Shown here one piece after another: positions 13,262 through 28,735 of a stretch of 64,000 nucleotides of DNA; position 1 is the stretch's first letter; each line of letters starts with the position of its first letter. The notes beneath the pieces were generated by a model. The model did not search any database. It was given only the letters and a program-made list of their open reading frames with translations, and had not been told where the DNA came from. This DNA is from the human T2T-CHM13v2.0 reference genome, Homo sapiens. Location of the stretch: assembly GCF_009914755.1 (NCBI RefSeq), contig NC_060928.1; one strand, written 5' to 3'. Made by a program: the position numbers and the translations under genes.

Positions 13262-16200
13262 TTTTTTAATTTTTAATTTTTGTGGATACATAGTAGATAC
13301 ATATATTTATGGGATAAGTGAGACACTTTGATGCAGGCATGCAATGCATAATAATCACATCATGGACAATGGGATATCCATCCCCTCAAGCATTTATTCT
13401 TTGTGTCACAATCTAATTCTAATATCTTAGTTATTTTAACATGTACAGTTAAGTTATTGACTATAGTCACCCTGTTGTGCTGTCAATTAGTAGGTCTTAT
13501 TTATTCTCTCTCTCTTTTTTTTTTTCCCGTTAACCATCCTGTTTTCCCCTCTAAACCCAATTACCCTTCCTGGCCTCTGGTATCCATCCTTCTACTCTCT
13601 ACAACCATGAGGTCAATTGTTTTGATTCTTAGATCTCACAAATGAATGAGACCATGCAAAGTTAGTCTTCCTGTGCCTGGCTTATTTTATTTAATGTAAT
13701 ATCCTCCAGTTCCATCCATGTTGTTACAATTGACAAGTTCTCATTTCTTTCTATTGCTGAACAGTACTCCATTGTGTATACCACATTTTCTTTGTTCATC
13801 AACCGTTGATGAACACGTAGGTTGTTTCCAAAATCTTGGCTATTGTGAACAGTGCTGCAAAAAACGTGGAAGTGCAGATATCACTTTGATACACTGATTT
13901 CAATTCTTCTGAGTATATACCCAGCAGTGAGATTGCTAAATTATATGATAGCTCTATTTTTGGGTTTTTTGAGGAAGCTTCAAAGAGTTCTCCATAGTGC
14001 TTGTGCTAATTTACACTCCGACCAGCAGTATATGAGTGTTCCCTTTTCTCCACATCCTCATCAGTATTTGTTTTGCCTGTCTTTTTAATATAAGCCATTT
14101 TAACTGGAAGATTTGCATTTCTCTTATGATCAGTGACATTGAGCAACTTTTCATATGCCTGTTTGTCATTTGTATGTCTTTCTTTGTGAAATGTCTACTC
14201 AAATTTTTTGCCCATTTTTAATCAGCTTATTAGATTTTTTTCCTATAGAGTTGTTTGTGCTCCGTATATATTCTGGTTATCAATCCCTCACCAGATTTGT
14301 TTGCAAATAGTTTGCAAATATTTTCTCCCATTCTGTGGGTTGTCTTTTTACTTTGTTGATTATTTCCTTTACTGTACAGAAGCTTTTAAACTTGATATGA
14401 TCCCATTTGTCCATTTTTGCTTTCGTTCCTTGTGCTTGTGGAGTATTACTCAAGAAATTGTCTCCCAGACCAATTATCTTCTCCAATATTTCCTTATAGT
14501 ACTTTCATAGTTTGAAGACTTAGAGTCTTTAATCCATTTTGGCTTGATTTTTGTATAAGGTGAGAGACAGAAGTCTAGTTACATTGTTCTGAATATGGAT
14601 ATCTAGTTTTCCCCACATCATTTATTGAAGAGACTGCATTTTCCTCAGTGTATGTTCTTGGCAACTTTGTTGAAAATGAGTTCATTTTAGGTTTATGGAT
14701 TTGTTTCTGGGTTTTCTATTCTGTTTCGTTGGTCTATGTGTCTGTTTTTATGCCGGTATCATGCTGTTTTGATTACTAGAGCTCTGTCGTATAATTCGAA
14801 GTCAGGTAATGTGATTCTTCTAATTTTGTTCTTTTTGCTTGGAATAGCTTTAGCTATTCTGGTTTTTGTGGTTCCCTATACATTTTAGAATTTTTTCTAT
14901 TTTTGTAAAAAATATCATTGGTATTTTGATAGGGATTGCATGGAATCTGTAGATTGCTTTGGGTAGTATGAACATTTTAACAATTTTGATTCTTCCATCT
15001 ATTAACATGGTTTTAAAAAAATTTTTTTGGTATTCTCTCCAATTTCTTTCATTAGTCTTTTATAGTTTTAATTGTAGAGATCTTTCACTTCTTTGGTTAA
15101 TTCCTAGGTATTTTATTTGTGGCTATTATAAATAGGATTAATTTTTAAATTTCTTTTTCAGCTTGTTCACAATTAGCAAATAGAAATGCTACTGATTTTT
15201 GTATGTTGATTTTGTATCCTATAACTTTACTGAATTTGTTTATCAGGTAATCATTTTTTTTGTGGAGTCTTTAGGTTTTTCCAAATATAAGATTATATCA
15301 TCTGTAAAAAAGGAAAATTTGACTTCTTCCTGTCCAATTTGGAAGCCCTTTATATCTTTCTCTTGTCTGATTGCTCTAGCTAAGACTTCCAATACTATGT
15401 TGAATAACAGTGGTGACAGTGGGCGGCCCTGTTGTGTTCCAGATTTTAGAGAAAAGCCTTAAATTTTTTCAGCATTCAGTATGATGCTAACTGTAACCCT
15501 GGGATTTATCCCAAGGATAAATCCCACTTGGCTATGACAAATCTTTTTAATGTATTGTTGAACTTGGTTTGTTCATATTTTTTTGAGGATTTTTGCATCA
15601 GTATTCATCAGAGATACTGGCTAGCAGTTTTCTTTCTTCGATGCATCTGTGTCTGCTTTTGTTATCAGGGTAATACTGGCATCATAGCATGGATTTGGAA
15701 GTATTCCCTCCTCCCCTATTTTTCAGAATAGTTTGAGTAGGATTGGTGTCAGTTTCTCTTGAAATGTTTGGTAGAATTTACCGGTGAAGCCTTTGGGTCC
15801 CAGGCTTTTCTTTACTGGGAGATTTTTTTTTATTATGGCTTCAATCTTATTACCTGTTATTAGTCTGTTCAGGTTTTGAATTTCTTCATGGTTCAATCTT
15901 CTTCTTCATGGTAGGTTGTATGAGTCTAGAAATTTATCCATTTCTTCTGGATTTTCTAATTTATTTAAATCTTTCTTTTCTTCTTAGTTTGGCCAAAAGT
16001 TTGTCAATTTTGTTTAACTTTTTTTTAAAAAAAAACAAGTTTTGTGTCATTAATCTTTTGTATTGTTTTCTTCATTTCAATTTTATCTCTTTCTACTATA
16101 ATTTTTCTCATTTCTTTTCTTCTATCAATTTTGGGTTTGGTTTGCTCTGGCCTTTCTAGTTCTTTAAGATACGTTATTAGTTTTTTTTATTTGAAGTTCT

Positions 16201-19200
16201 TATTCTTTTTTGATGTAGGCACTTACAGCTATAAACTTGTCTCTTAGTACTACTTTTGCTCTGTCTCCTAGATTTTGACATGTTTTGTTTTCATTGTTTC
16301 AAGAAACTTTTAAATTTTTTTCCTAATTTCTTCATTGACCCACTGGTCATTCAGGGGCACACTGATTAATTTCCACGTACTTTCATAGTACTTAAATTCC
16401 TCCTGCTATCAATTTCTAGTTTCATTGCAATGTAGTCAGATAAGATGCTTAATATTATTTCAATTTCTTTAGTGTTTTCATATGTGTTTTGTGACCTAAC
16501 ATATGGTCCATCCATGAGAATGATCCATGTGGTGAAGAAAAGCATGTGTTTCCTGCAGCTATTGGATGAAATGTCTATTAGATCCATTTGGTCTTTAGTG
16601 ATGATTAAGTCTGATGTTTCTTTGCTGATTCTCTCTGGAATATCTGTCCAATGCTGAAATGTGATGCTGAAGTCTCCAGCTATTGTATTGGGACATATCT
16701 CTCTCTTTAGTTCTAATGTTTGTTTTATGTATCCGGGTGCTTCAGTGTTGGGTGCATATATATTTACAATTGTGATATCCTCTTGCTAAGTTAACCCCTT
16801 TTTTATTATATAGTGACCTGCTTTGTCTCTTCTTATAATTTTTGTCTTGAAATCTATTTTATCTGGTGTAACTATAGCTACTCCTGCTATTTTTTGGTTG
16901 CCATTGGCATGGAATATCTTTTTCCATCCCTTTATTTTCAGTCTATGTGTGTCTTCAAAGGTGTTCTTGTAGGCAACAGATGAATGGGTCTTGATTTTTT
17001 ATCCATTTAGCTACTCTGTATCTTTTGATTAGTTTAGTCTATTTACATTCAATATTATTATTGATAAGTAAGGATGCACTCCTCCTGAATTTTGTTACTT
17101 GTTTTCTGGTTGTTTTGTGGTCTTCTCTTCCTTTTATATTTCCTTCCTGTGTTCCTTTTAGTGAAGGTAATTTTCTCTGGTGATATGATTTAGTTTCTTG
17201 CTTTTTATTTTTTGTTTATTTGTTGTATGTTTTTTGGTTTGAGGTGACTATGAGGCTTGCAGATACTATCTTACAACTCATTATTTTAAGCTGATAACAA
17301 CTTAACACTGTTTGCATAAACAAATAAGTGAAAATAAAATCATTAAAAACTCTATATCTTATCTTAGTACCCCTGCTTTTTAACTTATTGTTTTGTTTTA
17401 TATCTTATTGTACTCAGTAAGTCTTAAAAAATTTTGTAGTTATTATTTTTGATTGGTTCATCCTTTAGTCTTTCTACTTAGGATAAGAGCAGTTTACATA
17501 CCACAGTTACGGTATTATAATATTCTGTGTTTTTCTCTGTATTGGCTATTACCAGTGAGTTTTGTACCTTCCGGTGATTACTTTTTGCTCACTAATGTCC
17601 TTTTCTTTCTGATTGACGTATTAGCATTTCTTGCCGGACCAGTCTGGTGTTGGTGAAATCCCTCAGCTTTTGTTTGTCTGGGAAAGTCTTCATTTTCCCT
17701 TCATGGTTGAAGAATATTTTTGCTGAATATTTTTTCTTCACACTTTGAATATGTCATGCCACTCTCTCCTGGCTCATAAGGTTTCCACTGAAAAGTCTGC
17801 TGTCAGATGTATTAAAGTTCCTTGTATTTATTTCTTTTCTCTTGCTGCTTTTAGGATCCTTTCTTTATCTTTGATCCTTAGTAGTTTGACTATTAAATAT
17901 AGTCTTCTTTGGGTTAAATCTGCTTGGTGTTCTCTAACTTTCTTGTACTTGGATATTGATAACTTTCTTTAGGTTTGGGACATTCTCTGTTATTATCCCT
18001 TTGAATAAACCTTCTACTCCTGTCTATCTCCTCTTTAAGGCTAATAATTCTTAGACTTACCCTTTTGGGCTATTTTCTAGATCCTGTAGGCATGCTTCAT
18101 TGTTTTTTATTCTTTTTTCTTTTGTCTCCTCTGAGTGTGTATTTTCAAATACCCTGTCTTTAAGTTCACTAATGCTTTCTTCTGCTGGACCCATTCTACT
18201 ATTTAGGACTGCATGCATTCTTCAGTGTACCAATTGCATTTTTCAGCTCTAGAATTTCTTCTTAATTCTTTTCAATTATTTCAATATCTTTGTTAAATTT
18301 ATCTGATAGAATTCTGAATCTCTTCTCTGTGTTATCTTGAATTTCGTTGGGTTTCCTCAAAAGCTATTTTGAATTCTGTCTGAAAAGTCACATATCTCTG
18401 CTTCTTGAGGACTTGTTCCTGGTACCTTATTTAGTTCATTTGGTGATGTCATATTTTCCTGGATTGCCTTGATACTTGCAGATGTTTGTGTCTGGGCATT
18501 TCTTAACATTCTGGGGTTCTTTGTACCTGTCCTTCTTGGAAGGCTTTACAGATATTTGAAAGCTCTTGGTGTTGTGATCCAAGCTATATCTACTTTAGGG
18601 GGCACCTCGAGCCCATTAATGCTGTGCTTTTTGCAGACTCATAGAGGTACAACATTGATGGTCTTGGACAAGATCCAGGAGAATTCTCTGGATTACCAGG
18701 CAGAGACTCTTGTTCTCTTCTTTTACTTTGTCCCAAACAAATGAAGTCTCTTTGTTCTGAGCCACCTGAAGCTGGGATTGAAGTGAAACAAGCACCTCTG
18801 TGGCCACCACTACTATGACTGTGCTGGGTCAGACCTAAAGCCAGCACAGCACTGGGTCTCACCCAAGGCCTGCTGTCATCCTTGGCTCCTGCCTATGTTT
18901 GCTTAAGGCCCTGGGCCTCTATAATCAGCAGGTGGCAAAGCCAGCCAAGCCTTTGTCCTTTGCTTCGGAGCAACAAACTCCCCTAGGTCCCAGGCAGGTC
19001 CAGAGGTACTGTCCAGGAGCCAGGGACTAGAGTAAACTAGAAGTCTACCTTGTGGTCTACTGTGCTGTGGATGAACCGGCACTTAAACCATAAGATGCGG
19101 TCCTTCTCACTCTCCCCAATGATTTCCAAAGGTAGAGGAGCCTCACCCCATGGCTACCACCACCACCATAGTCCCACAGGAAGGACTGCCAGACTACTAT

Positions 19201-20412
19201 TGGTGTTCCTTCAAGTCCCAAGGCTCTTCAGTCAGCTTTTGGTAAATGCTGCCTGGCTTGGTACTCACCCTTCAGGGCAGTGGTCTTTCCTTTGGTCAAG
19301 AGCAGGTCTAGAAATGACATCCAAGAGTCAAGTCCTGGAATCATGGATCCAAAGGGCTCGGTTAGTGCTCTACCACCCTGTGGCTGAGCTGGTAACTAAC
19401 ATGCAAGACAAAGCCCCCTTTACTTTTCCCTCTGCTTTGCTGAAGCAGGAGTCTTGCCCACAGCCACCACACCTGGGTATTGCTACTGGTTATTCAGGGC
19501 CCAAGAGCTCTTCAGTTAGCAGGTAATAAATGCTGCCAGAATCAAGTCCTTCCCTCCAAGGCAGTAGGTTCCCTTCTGGCTCAGGGTATGTCTAGAAATG
19601 CCATCTGGGAGCTAGAGCCTGGAAAAAGGGCCTCACAACTCTGACTGGTGCCTTATTCTGCTGTGGCTGAGCTAGTATCCAAAATGCAAGACAATATCCT
19701 TCCTACTTTTTCTTCTCTTCTCCTTAAGCGTAAGGAAGGAGTCTCTTTTGGGGCTGCAAGCTGTGCTGCCTGGGGTAGGGGAAGATTGATGCCAGCACTC
19801 CTTTAGCTACCACAGACCACAGTTGGTGTCTTAGTAAGTCATGTGCCCCCTGAGTCCACTGTCTCTAGGCCCAGTTTAGCACTAGGACTCTTCTAGGTGT
19901 TGCAGTGTTTGTGGCCTAGACTGCCTTTCAAGTTTATTTAGAGCCCCAGAACACTATAACACACAGTAGCAAGGCTTGTGGAAGTCAAGTTTTTACCACT
20001 GGGATTGGCAATACCTCTCTGGTGAGGGCTGTTTAAATGCTCCCTCTGTGGGTGAGCATCAGCTGAATTTGGTCCAGTTTTCCTTTCTGCTATAACCGGA
20101 CAGCCAGTGAGTTTAATGCCTCAAAGTTGCTGCACTATCTGCCCCTGTTTGCACACAGAAATGCCCTCCTCACTATGCTGCCATTGCCAGGGCATAGAGG
20201 AGGGGTGGTGTTGGGAATTCAAGACTGTATTTTACTATCTGTTCAGTGCCTTTTTCAGTAATACAAAATTACAGCCAGGTACTATGAGTGCTCACCTGTT
20301 TTTTGGTTCTTACAAAGGTGCTTTTATGTGTAGATAGTTGTTAAATCGGTGTCCTTGCAGAGGGGATGATTGGCAGAGCCTTCTATTTCTCCATCTCACT
20401 CCAACTCCTCTA
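13262..20412 (-). mobile_element. Near full-length old LINE-1 (L1MA1-3-like 3' end), ORFs disrupted
   Basis: L1MA-type 3' UTR at 13262, antisense ORF2 remnants ([17 protein letters not shown] at 14280-14486), ORF1 region ~17650-18550, GC-richer 5' UTR ~18550-20412. Decayed TSD tcaccctatgcata (13248-13261) / tcaccctgtatact (20413-20426). Confidence 0.9.
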
Positions 20413-21880
20413 TCACCCTGTATACTTTTTATGTATACTTATGTATACTTCATATAATATAATATATAGATGGAAGTAAACATGCACATATATTAGTTTT
20501 CATAAATTCAAAAATTAAATTTTCACCACAGTCTTCTGGATGGGAATAATCTAACAACTTTTAAGTAGGCTCTACATAGGCCCAAACAAAAACATCTTTT
20601 GATGAGGTTTTTTTTTTTTTTTTTTTTTTTTAAATTCCTGCCACATTTCTTATACTCTTTTCCCTTCTTATTTCCCAGAGCTTCTTGCTAATGAGAAATC
20701 TGGTTAGCTGTTTAATATGTATATGCTGTGTTTTGTAAGTTTAGGAATAATAATATATCAAGAAAAAGGGCAACAAAATTCTAAAAATTTAAACATATAC
20801 AGTACCTATAAATCAAAATGTAGAAAAAGGCAATTTACATCTCTGAAACAACAAAGGAGAAAATATTTAAAAATACTTTCTAAACATTTAAAGTGTACTT
20901 AGGTCCCAGAGAAAAGGCATGCAATGAGGATCTTTGCAGTTGTAGAAGAAAAATTAGGCAATAGCTTTCCATGTGTTCATATGTATCATTGCAATTAATA
21001 TTACAATATTGAAAATTTGAGGGTCAATATGAAAGCCAGATAAAAATGGCAGATTTTTATAAGCCAGTCACATGAATAAATGATTGTCCTGCAAAAAAAA
21101 AAATTAAGGTTGAGCATAAAGAGAATAGGAAAGAAAAAGTGGGGAGGGAGGTGTTATAAGCTAGCTCTTGATTAATTAGCAATCAGAGTGGAACAACAAA
21201 TATGAAGGCCTGATCAATCCGGCATGTTCATTAATAAATGTCTGAGTGGATTGCAGGTACAGAGGTTGTTACAGTAGGAGGTGTACATCATTATACTAAG
21301 CATGTTTCAGATACCACAAGGAGCCCTGCTGAAGAGAAGTTTACAAAATAGGTGTGATAATGTTTCATATATATATCAAATATTAAATAAGATAACTTAT
21401 GAGCTATTACAAAGCAATATATGATTTTACAAAAAGAGGTATGTAAGTGCAATGAGTTCCATGGACAAAGAAAGTTGATGACAGGGGAGAAAGATGAGTT
21501 GTATTCCTATTCATTTGAAAAATTTAATAATTTTTAGGTCGACCCTTTTGTACTTTCCTAATTATCTTTCAGCAAATAACCTTGATTAGTTTGGTACTTC
21601 ACATCGTTTTGCAGTTATCTCAGTGTCCTTCCAAGTCATATGTGGTCTATTGAGAGTTCTATTGTTCTTTATTTCTATTTAAAATAACAGGACAGAAAGC
21701 TTGATTCAATGCTAGCAAACACCTATTTATTTCCTAATCCTTACCTTTTTTGTTTCATTAGTTTCTCCTCTAATTATCTCCCAGAATTTTCTTACAAAAT
21801 GATGCCACTTAGGAATGAAGACTTGGCATTCCTTACTGGTGCAGAAAAGTTAACTGATTATTTAATCAGTAATTAATTAA

Positions 21881-22229
<349 letters not shown>

Positions 22230-22699
22230 CAGAGTCATATTCTTAATCAAGTTCTTTAACATCAGAAATATTTTTAGAATACTAAACATAAAATTATGGT
22301 CATGTGGTATTTGAATAAATATTAATTTAGTTCAAATTTCATACCATTTCTAAAATACATATTGACATTTACCTATACTGTATGTGAAATATATTAACAA
22401 TAGATTTGCTTTTCCATGTTTAGACTTTTACATATACTTGTATAAAATAATTCATTTTCATTTTTAAATTGGGAAGGAGAGGAGTAATACCTCATCACGA
22501 CTTTTTATTGGTTTTGGTTCATATTAAAGCACATTGACTGCAAAATAACCTGTAATTGCTGTCACCTTTTTTTCTCTGTTCTTCTCTTTGTTGTTGTTGT
22601 TCTGCCCCTCTTCTTCCTTTCCTCCTCTTCCTCCTTCTTATCTTGTTCTGTTTCATCGTCTCAGTTTCATAAAGGATGAGTTAATGTGGGTCTATTTCA

Positions 22700-23104
<405 letters not shown>

Positions 23105-25094
23105 CTAAATTACAGAAAAAAATCTTTTAATAATACAGTATAGAGGAGAAAAGAAGAGTAGAAGGTAGCTGGACTAATTCAAACAGAGATAAAAAGAGTC
23201 ATAGCAATAGGCATCATACTGTGAGCAATAGACAAATTCCACAAAGATTAAAAACCTTATGTCTGACAGATTAAGTGGAAAATTGAGCAAATATAGCAGC
23301 AGAACTCTAATAACTTTCATAGAAACAAAATGGTTTTAGGAGATAAACTATATCAACTGATGAGTCATAATTTGGCTTATTTGACTGATAAAATTAATTA
23401 TACTCCATGATAGTGATAGGACATATATACATCTAACCTATCATTCAGATAAATATGCATGGCTCAACAACTCCGTACATTAATGAAAGAAAAACATACG
23501 ATTAAATATAAAAATTACATTTTTTACATTATGGATACTATGTCTGCTGCTGCCTTTAAACATTATGAAGAGTAAGTCTCTCTGAGAAAGATAGAATATT
23601 TTCTTTTTTGAGGCAGTGGAGAATCACAGTAATATCAGGCTGTGGTCAAATTTTAATTATCAAATAGGGCATTATTCAATATGGAAAAGGCAAGAAAGAA
23701 AACTCCTCAGCAATGTCTCCCATGTACCCCATATTTATATTTTCTTCTTTTTTATTAATTAACATACTCCTTTATTATTTATTTACTATCTAGTTTGAAA
23801 TAGATTTGAAATATGCTAAAATTAGAAACATAAATTAAGAATTAAAAATGATGCAATGGAATCATTAAAGCATGAATTTTAAAAATCAATAGTCATATGG
23901 TAAAGAGAGATGTTAATATCAAAATGAACTAGGCTAAAATAGTTATAATATAATAAATTAGCTTGAAGTTTAGCTTTTGCCTGAATAGGAAGCAAGTTAA
24001 AAAAAAATCAAGGAGATTTTTGAAATTTCCACTACCTGCAATCCAAAATAGCTTGATTATCTTGCAGACATTGTGCTCTGCTCTTTCCCCTGGTGTGCTA
24101 TTTCCCTCAGTTTTTCCAGAGCTGTGGACATGTTTGTTCTCATTCTCTGGAAGCTATGCAAGTTGTTGGGAAAAACATGCATGCACACACACTCACAGTT
24201 TTACTTTCTCCTCCAAATTTATCCTCTATAGTCATGTAATATGTTATTTGAAAACATAAATGTTAAAAATGTAGTTTAAAGATGCGTATTTTCCCTCTAT
24301 TCCAGGAGGGGAACTTGACCCTGCTTCTATATATAAAAAAATGGAATATATGCTACTTGGAAAATTTTTAAAAATGACTATTAACTGTGAACCCACAGGA
24401 TTCTATTATTTAAATTATGAGACCCCACACAAAATACAATTTACGGGATTTTTATTTCAAGAGGTTGTTGCAAAAATTGTTTTCTCTATCTTTGTTTTTG
24501 AAATTCACTGGAAACAGTACAAAGAAATTAAAAAATACAGTGACACTAGAAAATAGCCACATCCACAGTGTACAAACTTGGGAAATATCTTCTAAGTATA
24601 ATGATGTATGTAGATTAATTAAAGTAAAATATGGAACTGATAAATATCTCAAGACATATTCAGGATTTTTTTTTCTAAAATTAAGTTATATGGCCTGAAA
24701 ATGTCAAGGTAATGAGAATGCCTATGACAATGATGTCTAGATAAGTAGCACAGACCATCCTTAGGACTCAAAATGGTAGTGTTGGTAAAGCTAAAGAAAG
24801 AATTAACTTCCATTGTTTGTTTGTTTGTTTTCTGTAACCTTACTTTCTAATTTAGAGAAACAATTGGAGATAACTTAGTTTGCAGTAAGGAAGAGTCAAA
24901 CAGATGTGCATTTTCTAAATAGAATCAGCTAACAGAGATTTTTTTAAAAAATGGAAAAATTGAGACACAGAGAGCTTCATCTAGAGGTATACGGGCTTTC
25001 TGCTGTATAGCAGAAATACAGGAGGAGTAACATTGAAAACAGAGAAAATATAATATTAATATCTCTTATTTAGTAGATGTTTAAGCACTACTTA

Positions 25095-25285
25095 TTTAGT
25101 AGATGTTTATTTTAAGCACTGTACATTTACTAACCTATTAAAGCCTCTCTACAACCCTATAAAGTAGGTATATCATTATTATTGCCTTTATAGGGACAAA
25201 GAAACTGAGGCACAGAGAAATTAAATGACACCCACGATAACTTAGCTGACAAGTATAGTCGGCATTCAAATCAAAGATAGTAGCA
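25095..25285 (-). mobile_element. MIR SINE
   Basis: acaaccctataaagtaggta ... gaaactgaggcacagagaaattaaatgac core. Confidence 0.75.
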
Positions 25286-25834
25286 CATCTCTAGAATTCC
25301 CCTATCTACAATGAATGCCATATTCCAAGGATGTAAAACAAAACGTATTAGTATAAGGGAATTTGCGGCAGATACATTCAAATAAATGTTGCTAGTTACC
25401 TCTGCTAGTCCTGCCCTAAAATATTATTAAATACATTGATAACCCTGATTAAACCACTCTACGTAAAGAAGGAGTTAAGGAATCAGCAAAGGGTCTCTAT
25501 AAGGTAGTACAAAACAAAAATGAAGAGGAGAAAACCAGCTAAAGGCAATGCACAAAATATCAGAAAAAATTATCAAGAACATACTTTTTAAAATAAAAAT
25601 CCCTAATAAAAGATACACTAGTCAAAGAAAACATGAAAGGATTAGATAAAAGAATAGATAATAAAGAGGTAAAAATACAAGTTGCCAGATGTGGAAAAAT
25701 AATAGAAGTTAAAATAAAGGCATTACAAAAATAAGAGCTATCTTAAAGGCAGAAAAGATAGAATAAAAGCTGCTGGGGATGAGTGAATTTGTGAAAAGTC
25801 ACATCAAAATTAAGTGATTACAGATCAGATGAAT

Positions 25835-26138
25835 TTATATACACAAATTTTATATGTATAGGAATATACATATAAATATATAATATATAATGTGTATATA
25901 TAATATATGTGTATATATGTGTGTATATAATACACACATATATAAACATAAATATATAAATAAATTATATAAATATATAAATATATAAATATATGAATAT
26001 ATAAATATATGAATATATAAATATATAAATATACGAATATATAAATATATGAATATATGAATATATAAATATATTTATATTTATATATAAATTGTATATA
26101 TATAAAACATATATATATATATATGGAGAGAGAGAGGG
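25835..26138. repeat. (TA)n / AT-rich low-complexity tract ending in (GA)n
   Basis: About 300 bp of tata/ataaatat/atgaatat units. Confidence 0.95.
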
Positions 26139-26616
26139 ATAATTCTTTATCTGAAATGCTTGGGACCAGAAGTATTTCAGATATTAGATTTTTTTGGATT
26201 TTGAAATGTTTCGTATACATAATGATATGTGTCAGGGATGTGACACATGTCTAAACATAAAATTCATTTACATTTCATACACATTTTATAAACATAGCCT
26301 GGAGGTAATTTTATACAATATTTTAAATAATTTTTTACAGGAAACATTTGTGTACACTGAACCATCAGAAAGCAAAATTGTTGTTTTATCAGCCACCCAC
26401 TTAATCAATCTGTGCTTGTTTGGCATCACCATCATTTCTGACTCTGAATTTATCTGCTACTGATAAGCAATCATTTTCTTACACTTATTTACACATAAAT
26501 ACTTAATAGTAAAAAAAGACATACAATTTATACAGTGAAAAAAAAATGTGTTCACAGTAACTAAGCAGCACAGTAACATCACCAGAAAACCTGTATCAGC
26601 TGTTAAAGCAACCACC

Positions 26617-26929
26617 GGCTGGGCACAGTGGCTCACGCCTGTAATCCCAGCACTTTAGGAGGCCGAGGTGGGTGGATCACTTGAGGTCAGGAGTTCGAGA
26701 CCAGCCTGGCCAACATGGAGAAACCCCATCTCTACTAGAAATACAAAAATGAGCTGGGTGTGTTGGTGCGCACTTGTAGTCCTGGCTACTTGTTAAGCTG
26801 AGGCAGGAGAATCACTTGAACCTTGGAAACAGAGGTTGCTATGAGCCAAGATGGTGCCATTGTACTCCAGGCTGGGTGACAGAGCAAGACTCTGTCCCCA
26901 AAACAAACAAATAAACAAACAAACAAAAC
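26617..26929 (+). mobile_element. AluS (Sz/Sx-like) inserted in Tigger4
   Basis: Full Alu with (AAAC)n tail; TSD aaagcaaccac at 26605-26615 and 26930-26940. Confidence 0.93.
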
Positions 26930-27019
26930 AAAGCAACCACTGACAATGGCAGGCTTTCAGTCTCCACCTGTGATGCTATGTTTTGATTAAAAGGTTACTG
27001 TACATTGACTTTTATTTTT

Positions 27020-28735
27020 TTAGATGAAAAGAAACATCAGAAACCATTGAAGAACAAGATATGGTCCTCTAAGAATAAGGAGATCTTCTGATAGATGGCT
27101 TTTAAAAATGTTTCCTTCATAGTTATGAGCCTCATTAACAATGGTTTTTGTCTTCAAAGTCTCTCTGATTTTATGAACTGACATGATTTCTTGTTCCACT
27201 GTATATACACACTGCTCTAGTGCTTCCATTAACCCATCACACATTTCATCCTGTGGTCTATAGGCACTTTTTTTTTGCACTGTTTACATCATTTTCATTG
27301 TCACTATTATCATGATCACTTTGACTCAGAACCACTTTGGCTATTTCACCTTAGTCAAGAAATAAACTGGAGCCTCATTAGGGGTGTTAAAAAACACCTT
27401 CAATATTTACTTCTTTCAGCTTACTGAAAGACTCTAAACGTATATATTTTGCATATATAAGAAGGTCAGACATCATTTTTTTCTCACTTGACATGTGGAA
27501 TTCTTCAAAATCACCACGTTGTTCATCATGATCACTGAACTTAGTCACAGGCAGAGGTCGTACCAGGCATGCACAATTGTGTCTTTAGTCACTGTGTTCC
27601 AAGCACTGGCAGCAGCATGTATAACATTCTTCATGCTAAATGCCTTTTGAAAACTCATTCTCTGCTGCTACCATGCCATCCAAAAAGTAATTTTATATTC
27701 ACTCTTTATTGATTTAAGAATACCCTGATCAAGTGGCTGAATTAATGAAGTCATATTTGGGGGAAAGCACATGGCATAAAAATTATTTTTGATGAGTATT
27801 TCAGCTGGGGGACTTGCAGACACATACAGTTATCAAGAAATAACAGGCTTGCAATCATCATTCAGTCCAGTTCCCCTACAGTGAGCATGAGATACTGGTA
27901 AAAAATATTTGTGAAATTAATCAGAAAAGATGACCCTGGTGATCCATGCCTTTTTGTTAGCATCACAATGGACTGGTAAGAAGTTAACTCCTTGAAAAGA
28001 GAGAGGACTCTTTCGCCTATCTCAGCAAGTTTACACATAGTCAGGCCTGCTGCATTAGCACATCCCAGCACAGTTATTCTCTCTTGAGCATTTTTAATTC
28101 CTGTAGGGGCGGTCTCATCAGTGGTAGTCAGTGTCTTTCTGGGATAGTAACACCAAAGCAGTGATGTTTCGTCAATATCACAGGCTTATTCTAGTGTCAG
28201 ATTTTCATCAGCAGTGACCTTGGCAAACTTGTTAATGGATTCTCCCACTGCTTCACAATCAGCAAATGGTTTACCACCACAAATCTTTTAACATGTACTG
28301 CCAAGTCTTTTTAAAAAAATGTCTGCTGCCATCCTGTTGAATATTCACAGTTCTCTTCAGTTCATAGTAATGGTTCTTTGCTTGTTTCATAATCAGCATA
28401 CCATGAAGTGGCATGTGTGCACTGAAACTGTGATGGAGGCATTCTTTTAATACATAACCAGGATCTTCATTTTTAGCTTTCTGTAGTGTTTTCTATTTTT
28501 AATTAACTTCTGTTTAACACTTTCAGCACAGAAGAGACCTTCAACAGTTTATCCTCTGTTGCTTCAAATCATGTATGATGGTCATTTCAACACCATACTC
28601 TTCTGAAAGATGTTTTATACTTATACCACTGTTGTTTCTTCAGCAGTTTGACTTTCCGTGCTATAAACATAAATGCTTCCTCCTTCTCTTATCACTGTTA
28701 TCTACAGAGGTATCTGCAGGCTTTTTTGCCCCTGT
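27020..28735 (-). pseudogene. Degenerate pogo/Tigger (CENP-B/DDE_1 family) transposase
   Basis: Minus-strand translation gives N-terminal KKPADTSVDNSDKRRRKHLCL (~28730), LGCANAAG (ORF 27862-28071) and the hallmark FPPNMTSLIQPLDQGI (~27720-27767). Multiple stops and frameshifts. Confidence 0.85.

Noticed and set aside
19050-19526. 158-aa ORF (also 52524-53006 and 38207-38578)
   Set aside because: They lie in GC-richer L1 5' UTRs where stop codons are rare, and show no recognisable domain.
25065-25120. 26-bp tandem duplication cttatttagtagatgttta, and small ones at 15882-15912 and ~29653-29672
   Set aside because: Ordinary slippage duplications with no further structure.
25825-26220. 131-aa YIYI-rich ORF (and similar ORFs at 56765-57167)
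   Set aside because: Translation of (TA)n/(TG)n microsatellites.
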